Shown here one piece after another: positions 11,961 to 25,929 of a stretch of DNA of 64,000 bases. Position 1 is the first letter of the stretch. The number at the start of each line of letters is the position of its first letter. The notes below the pieces were generated by a model. It worked only from the letters and a program-made list of their open reading frames with translations. It was not told where the DNA came from and searched no databases. This stretch comes from Raillietiella orientalis. Lineage: Eukaryota. The stretch covers positions 3,224,001-3,288,000 of the forward strand of contig JAYWIR010000001.1 in the NCBI GenBank assembly GCA_036172245.1. Reading direction: 5' to 3'. The translations under genes were made by a program, and so were the position numbers.

Positions 11961-13429
11961 GAACCAGCTGTGAGTGAAGCAGGAAGCAGAAAGGGTGGCG
12001 AAGACGCGGAGAATCCTCAGGTTGGGCTCCTGCGGCGCCACCTGTGGGAAACCCCAAATACGAATTCGACTTTTCAATGGAGGTTTCGTGACTCCAGGAT
12101 CTTCCACTGGAGAGCACAACAGATGGGGTGCGAAACGGAAAGGGGGGGGGGAGGTTCCCCGTCCTCGTCCCCTGCTCCTCAGGAGGCCGAGGTTCCTGCG
12201 AGCAGCAGCACATTCCTGCCTCGCGTCTCCAGCGCTCAGTCCAGGGAACGCTGCTCCACCATCGTGCTCCGCCACGGAGATGCCTCGCGTTGCCCCAGGA
12301 GCAAGGGCGACCATCCCGTCCAAGCGACCTGCGCACCTTCCTGGGAGCCGGAGCCAAGGTCAGACTTCTCGGATTCTGGAAAGGGAAAAACCGCCGCCGG
12401 TTCCCCCCTGGCTTCGGGAAACGGTCGAGCACGAAAGGCCATGGGCGATGAGAGGATCTAGAGGGACTGCCGCAGATCGACCCGGCAGGCTGTCGTGCCT
12501 TCGAGGCATTCCGAAGGAGAAGCGTGCAGTCTCGGGCTCCAAGGGGCTCGAGACTGCGCCAGCATCCGAGGTGCGAAACGGGTTAGAAGGCCCCGAAAGT
12601 GGAGCGCGCGGGAGGAAGGGAGGGAGGAACGCGGTCCCCGTCAGCATCGTGAAAGCGTCCGGGAAGCCAACCGAGAAAAAGGGCGCTCCCGCCTTCGCGA
12701 AGCCAGGAGACGAGAGGATTCCCAGCCACGAACCAGCCAGCCGTTCGTGAACGTCGGCCAGCAGGAGCGGCGCGGGGAAAAGCAGCAGCCGCAAAGGAGG
12801 AATGAGGACGGCGGCGCCGTTTTGCAGAAGCCGCCATCTCGCGGCCGTCGCGCGCTCTCCTCGCCCCCGCGGGGCAGATCCGAAGCAGCGGCGCCTCTGC
12901 CGAAGCCGGAGAGCGCGGGACGGCCACAAGGAACCCTCTCTTCCGCGGCGCCCCTTCTCCCTTTCGCGCCCAAGCAGGTCGCGCGCGGACGGAAGGCCTC
13001 GGCTCGACTCCCCGCATTTCGCCTGCCGGCTGCCACCCAACTTACGTGCCACGTCTAAATATACCAGCAGCGCGCGCCGACCCGCTCCTCCCTGGGGAAA
13101 CGCAGCCACCGTACCATTCGGCAGCAGCACCAGCAGGCGGCAGCGCCTGCCGCACGAGGCATGCCAACAGCCTCCGGAAGAGGGGGGGGGGGGCAGGTCG
13201 GATGCCGCTGCCTCCCGGAGAAGCTCGCCCGCCGCTCCGCGCCCGAGTCGCTTCCGGAAACACGGAACGCACGCGCCCGCATGTCCAGCCGCGCACTGCC
13301 GAAAGGTGGCGCTGCCCATCGACGACACCCCTCGCGTCCTAATCTCCTCCCTCATACAAAATGAATGCATGTTTTCGTTATGTAGACTGACATTGGTAGC
13401 AAGGATACATAATCACATATTACTACGAC

Positions 13430-13432
<3 letters not shown>

Positions 13433-13473
<41 letters not shown>

Positions 13474-13487
13474 ATATATATATATAT

Positions 13488-13571
<84 letters not shown>
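13433..13571. repeat. Compound (TA)n/(TG)n microsatellite
   Basis: TA run from ~13433; about 40 TG units at 13492-13571. Confidence 0.97.
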
Positions 13572-13573
<2 letters not shown>

Positions 13574-14580
13574 CATATGTATATATATATGCATATGAAT
13601 GCATATATACATATACATGAAAACATATGAATACATATGTGTGAGTATATATATGTATGAATATATATTTGTATATAGGAATACACAAATATATAGATAC
13701 ATATGAATGCATATATGGAGATATATGGGAATATATATACATATTAATATATGTGTTCATATATTAATATAAGGATTAATTTATATGTTAACACATATGA
13801 TTATAAATAATGCTTATAATATATGCATATCTGTGGATATATATCTACACATGGATATATATATTAATATATGAATTAATATGTAGATTAATACACATTA
13901 TAACGATTACTTTATACATTTATATACATATATATTGAGAGAGAGATGGATAGATAGATATGGATATGTATTAATATATACTTACGTATTAATACATATG
14001 TGTATTCATATATGAATTAATTTACCGATTAATATATGAATTAACATATAGATGCATATATATTGTGGAAAAAAAGATGCATTACATATATGCTTAGTAT
14101 GCATATTAATATATACATTTATATATAGATTAATATGCATATTCATTTTGTCCTGCATTTTGTCCTCACTTTTGCTGCATATATTAAAGACCATAAAAAA
14201 TAAATACATACGCTTATTACATTTATGTATATTTACATATTTGTTAATATAAATTGTAACGATTATTGAGAAATAAATATACATGCTTATTATGTGTATT
14301 AATGTAGAGATTAATACATGTTATAAAGATAATAAAAAAATAAATATGTATATGCTTATGATGCATATTAATGTGTATATTGAGTAATATGCAAATTCAT
14401 TTTGACATGCATATTAGTACTGTATACATTATAGACCATTATTATATATGTATATCGAATTATAAAAGATAACAAATAGTGTGGGCAATGGAAAATGGTG
14501 GAAACAAATAAAAAGGTAAGTTAAAATACCGAAAAGGAAAATCTGATTAATTAATCATATTAATAAGAATACGTATGTTA
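13572..14580 (+). repeat. AT-rich dispersed repeat with internal sub-repeats (copy 1)
   Basis: Recurring tagattaatat and ataaaaaataaata...gcttatta motifs; related sequence at 47480-48540. Confidence 0.6.
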
Positions 14581-17109
14581 ATAAACCTTAATGAAAGTGC
14601 TGAGATGCTGAGATGAATTTGCACACGAGTCAGCACGTAAACGTATGCACCCGTATCTATGGGAACGATGCGTGTTTATCTTTCGCGATGTTCGGGATGT
14701 TGCGCCGCCGGAAAGAGCATCCCAGCGTCGTGCTGGAGGTGTTCCTCCCGTGACTTCTGCTTGCGCCTCCCTCCTGTTGGGATTTCCGTTGGAACCTTCC
14801 GCGACTTTGCCCTTACTTTTTACCCTTTTATGCAGTTGCCAGCCCGCGGCCCCGCGGTAGACCGGAGTCGGTTTTGTTCTTCCTTCTATTTGCATCTCGT
14901 TAATTGGGTTCCGCTTGGTGAGAGAGAACTGGAGCTTCCGTTCCGCGGAATGGGGGCGGGAAGGCGGTTGTCGATTGGAAGATGGGCTTGGAAAGGTTCA
15001 CCTCGTGATTTCCAAAGGATACAGGAAGCTTTGTCCTTAAGCGTATCCTTTGAGAATTTCCCGTGCGGAAAACAGAAATGCGGTTCACGAAAATGCAGGG
15101 AATCGAGCGTGGCTCCCAACTACCCTAATTGGGATTTTTTTCTTTTTTCTTTTTTTTCGCCTACATCCTGCTTCTATGTAAACCGCGCTGTACGCGCGGC
15201 GGCCTTCCCCGTACAAGCAGTGTCTCGTTTCATCCTCCTCCGCAAATGGCTTCCAGGACGCTTCTGCAGCTACTTTCATCTCAGGCTCTTGATGAAGATG
15301 CGCCCTGTCATAGGGAGGGGCGCCTTCGCAAGCAGCGGCGAAAAGCTGAAGAAGGAAGCTCGGAGCTCGAGAATCGGAGGAATCGCGGTGGCTGCGGGGT
15401 CTCCTTTGAAGTGGTCGAGGAGCGGGGATGCTTGTGCTGCATCATTCAGCCCTTCCGTGCTCCCGGGGGCAGCGACTCTGATGAGGAGCGCCTCTGAAGC
15501 CTCAGTTCTCCTCGGTCTGGACCACTTTATGGTTCATAAAATTCTCACAAGCCACGAGAGCTGTTCCTTTTAAAGAACGAGAAGTGATTTATTTGTCTTT
15601 GATGTGCTCCCTTGGCCTAAATCTGCATCCTGCAGACTCGACACAGCGATCAAGACACCAGCTGGTGATTTGACAAGAGCGCGCGCGTTGAGCTCAAGCA
15701 CGACGCTCAGGCAAAACGCGTCATGCCAAGGGATGGAGGGTCGCTGCAACCCGGTTTCCTGGAACCCCTGCTGGCAACCGAGAGACGGCTGGAAGAACGA
15801 AGGGCGCTTGAAGAGCGCTCGAATGGCGAGCCGGAAAAAGCACAGAAGCGCGGGCACCACCGGTTTTGCGAGATGGCTGCGAAGGAGAGAGATTGCTTCT
15901 TTTGCGATCCCTTCCTCGATTGGTGCCGTAACCATGGTGAACACGAAAGCGATTGGAAGTGATCGTCAGCGCTAAAATTAGTCGCTCCTGGCTGAAAGAA
16001 CGGCGAAGGCGAACGCTGGTTTTCCGGTTTCTGCACGAGCTGGGGAGTTCACTTATGGTATTGGGCTGGCAAAGGGAGAGAGAGAGAGGAGGGGAGAGAG
16101 GGGGGAAGAAGGAAACGCAAGGGGGCAGGCAGCAGCACGCAGCCACCGACGAAGTGACGTTGCACGGCGAATCTAAAAATGCGTTTCTCACCGTGCTGTG
16201 GAGGGAAACGTGGATGTTCAGCAGCTCCTAGTAGTCATGGTAAGTGGGCCGCATGTTACTCACCGCTCGGCTGCAAATTCTTCAGGATGTCTGCGCGCAC
16301 ACGGCTGCCAAAAAAGCGGAACGGAGCGATTGCGGGACCACTGAAGCTTTTTTGCCTCTGATGAATCGGAAGGCGTTCCACCGTTCCTCCTGGCGGTGTC
16401 GCGCGTCTTTCGCATCTTGTCTGAGGTGCACTCGACTTTGTCGTAAACGAATCCCTCTCGTGCGTGGTGCCGACACCCTCCTCCCACCCGCCTCCTATTT
16501 TCCTGGCAGTCCTCACGAGGGGAACTTTTTGCTCGACTTTGTTCCAGAGGGGTTCCTGCCCGCCTGCTTGGCTCTCCGCTCCACCGACCCACGGGATTGG
16601 CCCTGGTTGCGGCTCGGCTCGCGCGAGCCACGCGACGGGGTGCAGCTGCCGACAAGAATCCTCGGGTACAGGCGGGGCAAATTTCTCCTCCCCCGTTCGA
16701 CCCTGTCGGGGTGGTTGGCAGGCGAAGCGGAGGAAGGCGACGGCAGCGGTAGCGGCGGATATCGCTGGCAGCTGACCCTTCACCCCTGCAACGAGGGGAA
16801 AGGCGTGCAGGAGTCTAACGTGAGTCGATCCTCTTTTCTGACAACGGAGGCTGTGGGGTTGCTCAGATGGGCAAATCCGAGTGACGCGACTGAGTACCCG
16901 ACGTCATGGAGCTACGCGGCCAACATCCCGCATGGCTCGTGAAGCCGTTCCCTCGCTTCACCGTTCCAAAGCGCCTGCGCGGCACGAAGATCCTGGCGTC
17001 CCATTGCTTGAAGTGGGAAGGCGGTGCGCGGTTGCAAGCACACCGGACGTTCACTTAGCAACTTTCCCGATCATGCGACGAATCCCCCACATCCGGGGGG
17101 GGGGGGGGT

Positions 17110-17650
17110 TGCCCTTTCTTTTTCTTTCGGGTTTTCCCTTTCTTGGTTCCGAAGAAGTGCTGAAGAACCGTTCACCTCCCTGCAGGGAAGTTACACGGCT
17201 CTTTAACGCTGTCCATGCCGCCCGAGGGTGGCGTGGACAGCGTTAAAGAGTAAGTGTAGGGGTAACCTTGGTGGGATCACCCTAAGAATCCAAGGCTCCG
17301 GAGGAAGCAGTCCTTTCCTCTTACGCTTGGAAGGGTATCCCGAAGGGAACCTCTTCCTTATTCTCTCCGGATGGCTACCCGAAGGGGACTCCTCCGGTTG
17401 GAATGACCAAGGAAACCGCTCCTTGTTGGTGCTTCTCTGAAGAGAATCCGAAGGGACGCTTCCAAATTTCCACCATGGGCGCTCCCCGAAGAGAGTAGCG
17501 CGCTTCTTACACTCTGGAGAGGCGACCCCCCGAAGAAGTCATCAGCCAGCTCCTTGGTACGTACTTCCCGGAGTCCGTCCTTTTCCGGGTGGGATCCGAA
17601 CCGGCGATGCTGGGTTCCGCGCGCGAGCAGACCGTAGCCTCGAGACCTCC
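17110..17650 (-). mobile_element. tRNA-derived SINE family, copy B (internal deletion; fold-back near the 3' end)
   Basis: Reverse complement has the head (ccggttcggatccc) joined almost directly to gtaccaaggagctgg, then ctccagagtgtaagaag and ggttcttcagcacttc. Confidence 0.75.
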
Positions 17651-18849
17651 AAGGCGGGCTTTTTCTTTTTTTAGGACAGCAGTGGGAATGATGCCCAATT
17701 TATACCCGCAATAGAACTATCTTACAGATTGTTCAGCTGACCTTTTCTTTTTGTTTTGGGTAGGCAGTAATCCTCTCGACTGTTTGCGGCAGACTGACAG
17801 TAAAACCTCAGAAGAGAATGGATGAAGGTGAATCATTGATCGATTATGGCAGCTGGGGACCGGAAAAAAAATCGCTCCTACGTAGAAGAAGACGGGTGTT
17901 GATTTCTTTCTATCAAGAGAGGTGTTGATGAGGAGACAAAAGAGTGTGGTTGTAAAGGCTCCAAACCATAAGCTGGAATGAGGAGATATTTTCTGTGATT
18001 CTTATAGCACTGTTAGAAGGTTACTTATCACCAGGCTGTCTTGCATTCAGGGCCGAGGTTATACAGAAGGGGGGGGGAGGGAACAAAAAGAAAATTCAGG
18101 AGGAAGGCTACAAGGATATGCAATTCGGAAGACCGTGCATCTGGAGACGGGAGGTTCAGGCAAGAACTCTTTTCTCAGGGCTACCTGAACCACCTGAACT
18201 CGAATTATTCACGGCCTAGGTGAAGTCCAGAGACACCGCAAGTCCAGGGAAGAAGTGTGGGAATAGGGCTCGCCCCCTGAGGAAGCCGTTTCGGGAACGC
18301 TTCCTTTTGACGAGAGCGTCGCTTGGATTTCGTATCCGCAGGTCACCACTGAAGTCGATGTCTCAGGAGTGCCGCACATATGAAGGAGCGTCATGCTGCG
18401 TGCACGGAGTTTGTGTCAGAGGGAACAATCTTGGAGGGGAGGAGGTAAACTGACTCTCCCTTGCGTTACCTCCTTGGATACTGCAGACGTACGATTCCTC
18501 TTCGGTAGCAAATCCGTAGGTTAAGGCTGAGGACAACACTCTGCTGCGATCCCATTCGTGCTGCGATCGATCCCATTGCCCCCCCCCCAAAAAAAAAAAA
18601 AAAAAAAAAAACGGTATTTTTTTCGCACGACGGCCAATTACTCTCTCCAGGATTCTTTCGCACGCTGCACAAACATTCACAGGGGACCTCGGGGAGTGAA
18701 GCCATGGATCGCACTCGCCGTCGCTGACTCGCGCGAGAACGCGACAACAGCATCGGAAGGAACGGCAGAGGACAGAAACCAAATGTGAGAAACCGTTCTT
18801 CCTGTTCGCTAACAAGGGAGTACTAATTTTGGTTAAGAACACCGGTAGT

Positions 18850-19250
18850 AAAGATTTCTTTGAGCCTGGCGCCTGAAAAACAGAGATGCCCGGAGAATCG
18901 GGGACCTCTCCCACACGGGTAGCAGGAAATCTCTGCCCAGGCACCCAGCATAGCCAGGATATTTACCAGGGTCACATCTTCGGTCACCGACGAGGATGAC
19001 CGACTGTCGTTTGTGCCTTTGGCAGGATGACAAAATGATGACATCTTCGGGAATGCCCCTAGCATTGATTCGTGCATGCTGTTGGCCGTCTCCCGAAGCC
19101 AGCCAGACCTCAGTTTCGAGTCGCAGCCTCCTTTCCCTTTTCTGCGTGGCTTGGCTGGCTTGGAGCCTCGTCTCGAAGGTCTCCCCTACAGAACCCCCAT
19201 CCATCGGAATAGAGGGAGAGTCGGTCGTTTAGCCAAGCAGAGTCGCGATT
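18850..19250 (-). mobile_element. Possible L1/Tx1 ORF1 zinc-knuckle relic
   Basis: ILVGDRRC...KYPG and CYPCGR...GH across a frameshift, resembling the YPG..CxxCG..GH motif of Tx1-type ORF1. Confidence 0.25.
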
Positions 19251-20499
19251 TGTCATCTCTGTGGATTTTCTTTTCTTTCTTTCTTTTTTTTCGCACGTGC
19301 ATTGACGTCCTTTTTCTGTAGTTTTTCTTTCCTCCCTGTTGGGCAATCAATCCAAGAAAACTCCCAGACTCCTTCGACAAGAGGACGGTGATGCCGGCTG
19401 CATCGCACGCTCCAGAAACCATGCCAGCAGCAAAGGTGTCACGAAGGACGTCTTGCGGGCTGCACGCACGCGTCCTCCAGAACCAAGCGATCGTGGAAGT
19501 CGCGCGGACCCCCCTGGAGCAGTTGTAGCAAACTCTGTTCACCCAGACAGAACGCGATGAGCAAACAGAACGCGGATGCGCAGAACCCGGTGGACGCCCG
19601 ATATGAGCGAGTGCGCAGTGAGTGAATGCGCCGCCGCCTTCCAGAGGGCGCGACGTCAACGCAAACCGGGGTCAACACACGTGTGCGAGAATCGGGAACT
19701 CGGAAGATGCGATGACTGTTACTTGCGTGCGTTGTAAAACGGTTGCCTCGACAACCACATTTCGAGGAACAGTTTTTTTTTTTTATCTTCATTTCTTTTT
19801 ATTTTTTGAGTAAGCGAAAAATCCACGTGGATTCTGTGCTGGGTAGTAGTAGCCATAGCCGCATGCTATTATGTCAACACAAACATAATAGCCAAGCAGT
19901 TCCCTCCCTACGGAGCTCAGTTAGCCAAGAGGGCTCTTATTCGCAGCAGAGTTGTACCTCTACTTGGGAGGGTCAGGAATAAAAACGTGTAGAGGTAGAG
20001 AAAGGGCGATCTCCTGCCTCTCGATGGAAAGTTCTCCTTGGATCTGCTCTTGGTAAATCCTGCCAAAGATGGGACAGCTTCCGTTGCTTTCATAGCAACG
20101 AGTGTTGCTAGGACGGTGACCATTGTTCTGCGTTTTTTCTTGCAGCCGTTGGCGTGTTGCTACTACGATTCGGACAAACAGATCCAAGCCGGAAGCGACC
20201 CCGGATCTAGGTGATGCGCAATCAGGAACGAAGGGCGGGCTGCAGAACGATGTGATCCCAGCAACGCCGTCGGCGAGCTGCTCGGCGGAGCGCTCCAAGG
20301 GGAATGCTCCACTGCTTACTTTGTAGATCATGTATACATTCATTTGATTGTTCCTCTTTCCCTGAATTTCTTCGTCACAGATGTAGAATCCATGCCAGAG
20401 CATCGTTCCAGTAGGCATCAAGATCTCGCCTTCTTCGTCGGTAGCTGCGGGTTTTGCCTCTTCGGTTGCCTCTGGAGCAGCGGATTTGCACCAGTGGCC

Positions 20500-22700
20500 T
20501 ATGGAATCTTCGTACTGACCACCCGGGGATTCCTATTATCCTCAAAAGTTGGCACTGTGGAGCTCAGAAGGGGCGGACGGAGGAGGGTAAGTGTTTCGAG
20601 GCCACGAAAGAATCCGACTGCGATTCGGAGGATGCGGCATCTGATAGCTTTGCCTGCAGCGATGACCAATCAGTTCTCTTTTTCTTGGACCCTTCGGGAT
20701 ACGAAAAAGCTAAGCTATCCTCGTACGTTCCTCTCGGGCGTACGAAATAGCTCGAGCCATCTGTATGGTGGAAGTTCACTGCCATCTAGCAGTAGGCGCA
20801 GGAACGATTCCATTGCCTCAATGCACCTGGAGAAAGTTTCAGGCACGCCACCGTTCTCATCATAGGGATTCAACTTTCGTTGCCCAGATGACCCACCCAG
20901 TTCAAGGAGGCCGCCACCGCATAATGCCTGCCTCTCGAGAAGGAGCGCAGCGTGGATGCTCACGGAATGCGAGGGAGGGATTTTCCTCAGCTTCAACTGG
21001 TACAGCTTCTTTGTTATTTTAAACTCGGTCACTCCGAGTCGTTTTTTTTCAAATCAGATTGACGTAAATCAGCGTGCCCTGCAGAATCCAGCCGCGGTAG
21101 TCACGGCTAGGTCACTCAGGTCAGTAGTCAAGAGGAACGCGCTCTCGGAACGGAGGGGTCGAGGGGTCGACGAGGGAACAAACACACACTGCGGAGCAAG
21201 CATCGGAGGCGAAACGCTCCTAATCTCCTGGAAACGGGGAGCGAGGAGGAACGGAGCCTTCCGACCATCTCTCCCGCGTGTCTTTCTCGTGTGGTCTTCC
21301 GCGTCGGAGGGCCGGGATGGAGCGGCCGTCCGGTGCTTCGGCCACCGCGATCCGCAGCTGCCGGAGGGATTCAGCACGACGTTGCCGGAGATCGAGAGTC
21401 TCTTGCGGAACGAAGAGAGGCGATTCCATTGACCGGGCTGGCGGGAGACCTCCCTCCTAGGTGGTCGTCTGCTGCCGCGTCCATACTGCTACAGGAAGGA
21501 CAGCGCTGTGGTCAGAGGGAGTGGCGGTGGAGGTTGTGCGCTTCTTGGGATCCTGTGGTGCCTTTTTTCAGTCCCAAGACGTTGGACGGGACAGAGAAGT
21601 TCCTGACTGACCCGTATCCATGTGTACAAGGCTTCTGCAGCAGAGAGGCCAAGTCCTTCCGGTACCTTTGTCTCTTAGTAGGGAGGGTGGGGCAAGCGGA
21701 AGCAGGGTCCGCAGGAGGGGACGGCAAAGACGCTCCGAACTGTCACACCTTCCGGAATGAGAAATTCGCCGTTCACGATGGTTGCAGCTCCTCCTCCGCC
21801 CTCTGGAGGCAATCAGGACGCGTCGCAGAAGCCCACTATGGATGCTCCGAGACACCGGAAGGTGCAGTCCACAGGGATCTCCGAGCAGATCCACTACGGC
21901 TGCCCTGACCACGGTGCTCCTATTGGGAATGGCAACTATCGACTTCGATCTCTTCGATCTCTTGCCCGCTCCCTGGAGCGAGGAATTCCTGGGAAGATGC
22001 CGCCGGGGCGAACTTGGGAAGCAGGAGGAGAACGTCTTCCTCGCAGTCCTACACGGGTGGCAGTTGGGTCGCCGGAGCTTTCCGAAACCCATTCTGCACC
22101 AGCGCGAAGCAAGCTCTGAAGAGCAACAGGCTGAGGGCCGCCTCCCTGCCAGATCGTCCACCGCACAAGTATCCATCCAAACCGCCCCACGAGAAGCGCA
22201 AGTAGGGCCAGGGAGCCAAGGCAGACAAGGAGCTCCAAGAGCCGTTCCTGGTCGGCGCAATCAAAAGTCTTCGCAGAAACGACCGAAAGTCTCTTCCCGA
22301 AGTTTGTTGCTGCCCCTCTTGCTCTGGAGAGACAAAGCCTTGCAGCTGCCGAGCGCGAGGCAGTGCTGCTGTTGCATCTGTTCCGGGAAGGTCACGGAGT
22401 CTTCCACCCACCAGGTGGAAGATTCCATGACCACTGCGCAGTCCACAGCTTGGAAGGGTAGTCGACGGTCAAACTCCCAACTCTGGTCGGGCGCCAGCTG
22501 CTCAGGCAGCGCACATCTCCCCTCTTTGGCAGAGATTGGGACCCTTGCCCATCGGAAGGATCCAGGTACGTACCCCGTTTCCGCGGCATGAGTCCGCGCG
22601 AGAACCACTGTGCTTAGTGCGAGTCTATGCCGGATACCTCCTTACGGGATCGCCTTCCGATCCCTGGATGCAGTGTGGACCTCGCTTGCTGGATTCGCAA
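20500..22700 (+). mobile_element. Decayed LINE ORF2 relic (probably L1/Tx1-like)
   Basis: Weak ordered remnants: ASMHLEKVS (cf. SLDxEKAFD) at ~20.82 kb and CICSGKVTESSTH (cf. CxxC..E...H) at ~22.37 kb. Confidence 0.3.
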
Positions 22701-22899
22701 AGTGCCTTAGGCGAGAAAGGATGCTCCTTAACTCTCCCAAGAGAATTGATCACTTTTCCTGTCACTCCCTCGCCTTTAGAGAAAACGGCGATCCCTCCTC
22801 GATTTTGTATCTTCTCTTCTTCAGGTCCTCTCGTCTACTCTCCACTGGAGACTTTTCTCTGCTACGCATCGGAAGGTGGCTGAAAATCCCTATCCGCGA

Positions 22900-23760
22900 T
22901 GGCTGCTGTGTGGCTGCGGTTTCTCCGCGCGTGGTACGCAGCGTTGCGGGTTCGAATTCCGCCGGGAGAAGGATGCCTAGAAATGAGGGGGGGAAGGGGT
23001 GCAGAGGATTTTGAGTCACTCTCCCCCGCAGGATGACGTTGGTTGACCTGAAGACTTTGGGAGCAGCACTACTGTAAGTCGATTGCCCCCGATAAATGGC
23101 CAGGATTGGGAGCTGACCCACCAGGGTCCTTGCAGGAACCAAGGAGCCGGCTTTCTTTGAGGTTCCCCTCCGGTTATGAAGATGGAGTCTCCCCTCCCTC
23201 CCCCCCATCTCTACCTCGGAGGAACTCCCTCCATCTCGTACCAAGAAAGTGTTGGATTGAAACCTCTCCAGAGTGTGAAGAAGTGCGCTGCTTCCTTCAG
23301 GGAGCGCCCTTCGGAGAAATCGGGAAGCGTGCCTTACGAGTTCTCGTCAGAGGAGGAGTAACAAGGAGCTGTTCCCTCGCGCGTGCCCCCCGTAGAAGTT
23401 CCAGGAGCGTATTCTTTCCGGTTCCCTCCGAAGAAATGAGGAGTGATCCCTACAAACCAGGTGGTTCTTCCGGTGAGAATCAGGAAGAGGATTCCTTCGG
23501 GATCCGCTCCCAAGCGTAACAGAAACGAACTCCTTCCTCTGGAGCCTTCCTGGATTCGTATGGTGGTCCCATCTTGGAAGTACACCCTATAACTTGAAGA
23601 GTTGCTACGCGCACCCTCGGGTGGCGTGGACAGTGAGCCATTGGGCGAACAGTTCTTCAACACTCCTTGAGAACCAAAACTCGGAAAAAGAAAGAAAAAA
23701 AAAACAGCTGGAAGGAAAGAAGCTGAAACAGAGGAACCCCAAAAGGGTTTCCATCATCCC
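22900..23760 (+). mobile_element. tRNA-derived SINE family, copy C (most complete, with A-rich 3' region)
   Basis: Head gtggctgcggtttctccgcgcgtggtacgcagcgttgcgggttcgaattcc nearly identical to copy A; shared body; gcaccctcgggtggcgtggac; A-rich tract, then an aaagggtttccatcatcc motif similar to copy F. Confidence 0.85.
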
Positions 23761-24199
23761 ATGCCAACAGCAACTGACCTTTTTAAATCCCTTCATGGGC
23801 TCCTGAAGACGCACCAAAATCCACATTCATTTTTTTTCCTCTTCTTTTATCCAGAAAACCATTCTCTCTCCAGCTGCTCCAAGGATGATCTCCTCTGACA
23901 TGAACTTGTGGGAAGATTCAAAGGTCGCTTCCCTTGGTGATGTTATGGATTGCGTAGCTTGATGGACTTGGAGAAGGGAAGACTTCTTTTCCTGATTCTG
24001 AATTCATCTCTTACTTCCCCTTTCCCACCTCCAGTACCCTCTGTCTCTATTCTTCGGGAACAGCAGTGCATAATTCAGGAGGAGATCTCTGTTCCCATCT
24101 CATTCCCTTCTAGCCACCCCTGGCCATCGAACGAACGCTGATCAGCCTCTGTCTGGAAGAGCACAGCTGAGAGGTGGCAGAAACAGAGACCGAGAAGAG

Positions 24200-25210
24200 G
24201 TTGTCGTGTCTCTCTGCCCTCTTCAGACGTCAGACCAGGAGATGCTGGCAGGAATCCGGAAGCCGCGAGGGTTCCTGAAGGATATGAGGATCTTCCAGGT
24301 GATCCTGTATGGCCGCTAGGATCGAGCCGATATGTTGCGATCGATGCACCGGCTGATCGAGGGATACCTTGAGCAAGCAGGGAACCGTGCTCCGGCAGTT
24401 CCAGAGACGCCATCGCCCGTGGACCCACGCAAAGGTCCCATCACGGTCGAAAGAATGCCCCCGCGCTGCCTTTGAAGAGAACCAGCGTTTTGAACATCCT
24501 GGATACAGAGTCGGGAGGCCAAAATTTGGACCGGACGATGAAGATGAGAGTGCTGGTGAGCAGGCTGTTCGAGAAAGAAGTCCAGAAGACCTTCGCGTGC
24601 CCTCCTCTCCGGTCGGTGCAAACGCGCGGCGAGGTGGAGGAGTTGCGAGCTGATTCAGGAGCGCGTCTCCTTGACCGAGTTCCCGCTCCAAAAGCGAGAC
24701 GTGACCAGGGACCTCGGAGACGTCGGGAAGAGGTTGAGAACCCAAGGACATGCGAGCCGCAGGTTTATGCATGAATAAGGTGGAGTGCGGGAGTCGTGGA
24801 GCAACCGCTCGGCGACCAAGAGACCAATCTCCTGAGGCATCAGTTGGCTGTCTAGGAGAGAGCCAGGAGGCGGTTGAGACAGCGACCTGGAGAGGATCCG
24901 GAAGTCGTTGGCCACGCAAGTGTTCGGCGTCCGCTGGAAGGTCGGCGGCGAGCCGAATACCGGCAGATGGGAGTTCGGATGCACGTTCGCTCTGGAGGGG
25001 GAGGGGAGGAGAGAACCGTCTTCAAGTAACATCTCTGCAAGCGAAATCCCACTCCTTACTAGAAAAACAAGAGAAAGATCGCGGGGTGCTGCGGCAGGAA
25101 TACCTGGGTTGGTCCTCATAGACGCTCGTGGGATCATAGAATGAAGTGCCGAACCCCGAGGGAGTGAACATGCCCAAAGCGGAGTTGACATTTCATGCCA
25201 TCGGAGGAAC
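24200..25210 (-). mobile_element. Decayed LINE apurinic endonuclease region
   Basis: (W>stop)NVN near 25190, then TFAWVHG and YRLD in the order expected for APE domains. Confidence 0.25.
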
Positions 25211-25929
25211 ACTCATCTCACCAGTAGGATGCACTAAGCGAGAGAGCGGTGAGGCTTCGTGGGACCAGCCAAAAAGGTTCATCCATGGAAAGGGTTGACG
25301 AAACAAAAGGCTCGTCAGAGGGAAGATGAAGGACACTTTCTCAAGCTGCCACGGCGCGGTCATTGGTCGTTCTTCTTTGGGAAATGGGTTTTGACGATCG
25401 ACTCAGGACTCGGAAAGAGTCCGCATCCCACCCCATCGTCCTGGAGACACGGTCGAAGAACTTTCCCGTCTTTTCCGAGTCTGGTCGGCTACTCCGCTCC
25501 TGGAGGAAGCGGGACGCGAAATTTTCTATCAGGAATGAGCGGGCGAGACGCAGAGTCACGAGGTTGGGAGGAATTTCAGATAGCAGTCCGAGCGAGCGGT
25601 GAATATCTCTTGAAAGAGAGAGAGATCTAGAGGTGATGAATCTCCAAGGACTCTCATCCCAGCACGACAGCTCCAATGCAGTATTTTCAGCATCACAGCG
25701 CAGAGGTGACATCGATTTATTCTATTTTATTGTTATTTTTTTTCTGTATGCTGTCCAAAATAAAAAAAACATACACATTCATGATTCAGAGTTCGGTGAG
25801 GCTGGACCAGTTCCTCGAGAAAGCAAGCGACGGATGCGAAGACAAGATCTCTTGAAATGGGGAAGGAATCATGGAGCTTTCCCAGCCAGGAAGACATCTG
25901 CAGAAGCCTCCGGGTGATGAATAGACGTT

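Noticed and set aside
13352..13760. His-Thr and Tyr-Ile repeat ORFs
   Set aside because: Translations of the microsatellite.
14600..16000. Possible Penelope-like RT/GIY-YIG relic on the minus strand
   Set aside because: Only vague motif echoes (LHFREPH, GAYVY); not supportable without a profile search.
17430..17460. Hammerhead-like CTGAAGA...GAA in SINE copies (also ~34058)
   Set aside because: GAAG rather than GAAA, and no convincing stems I/III or cleavage triplet.
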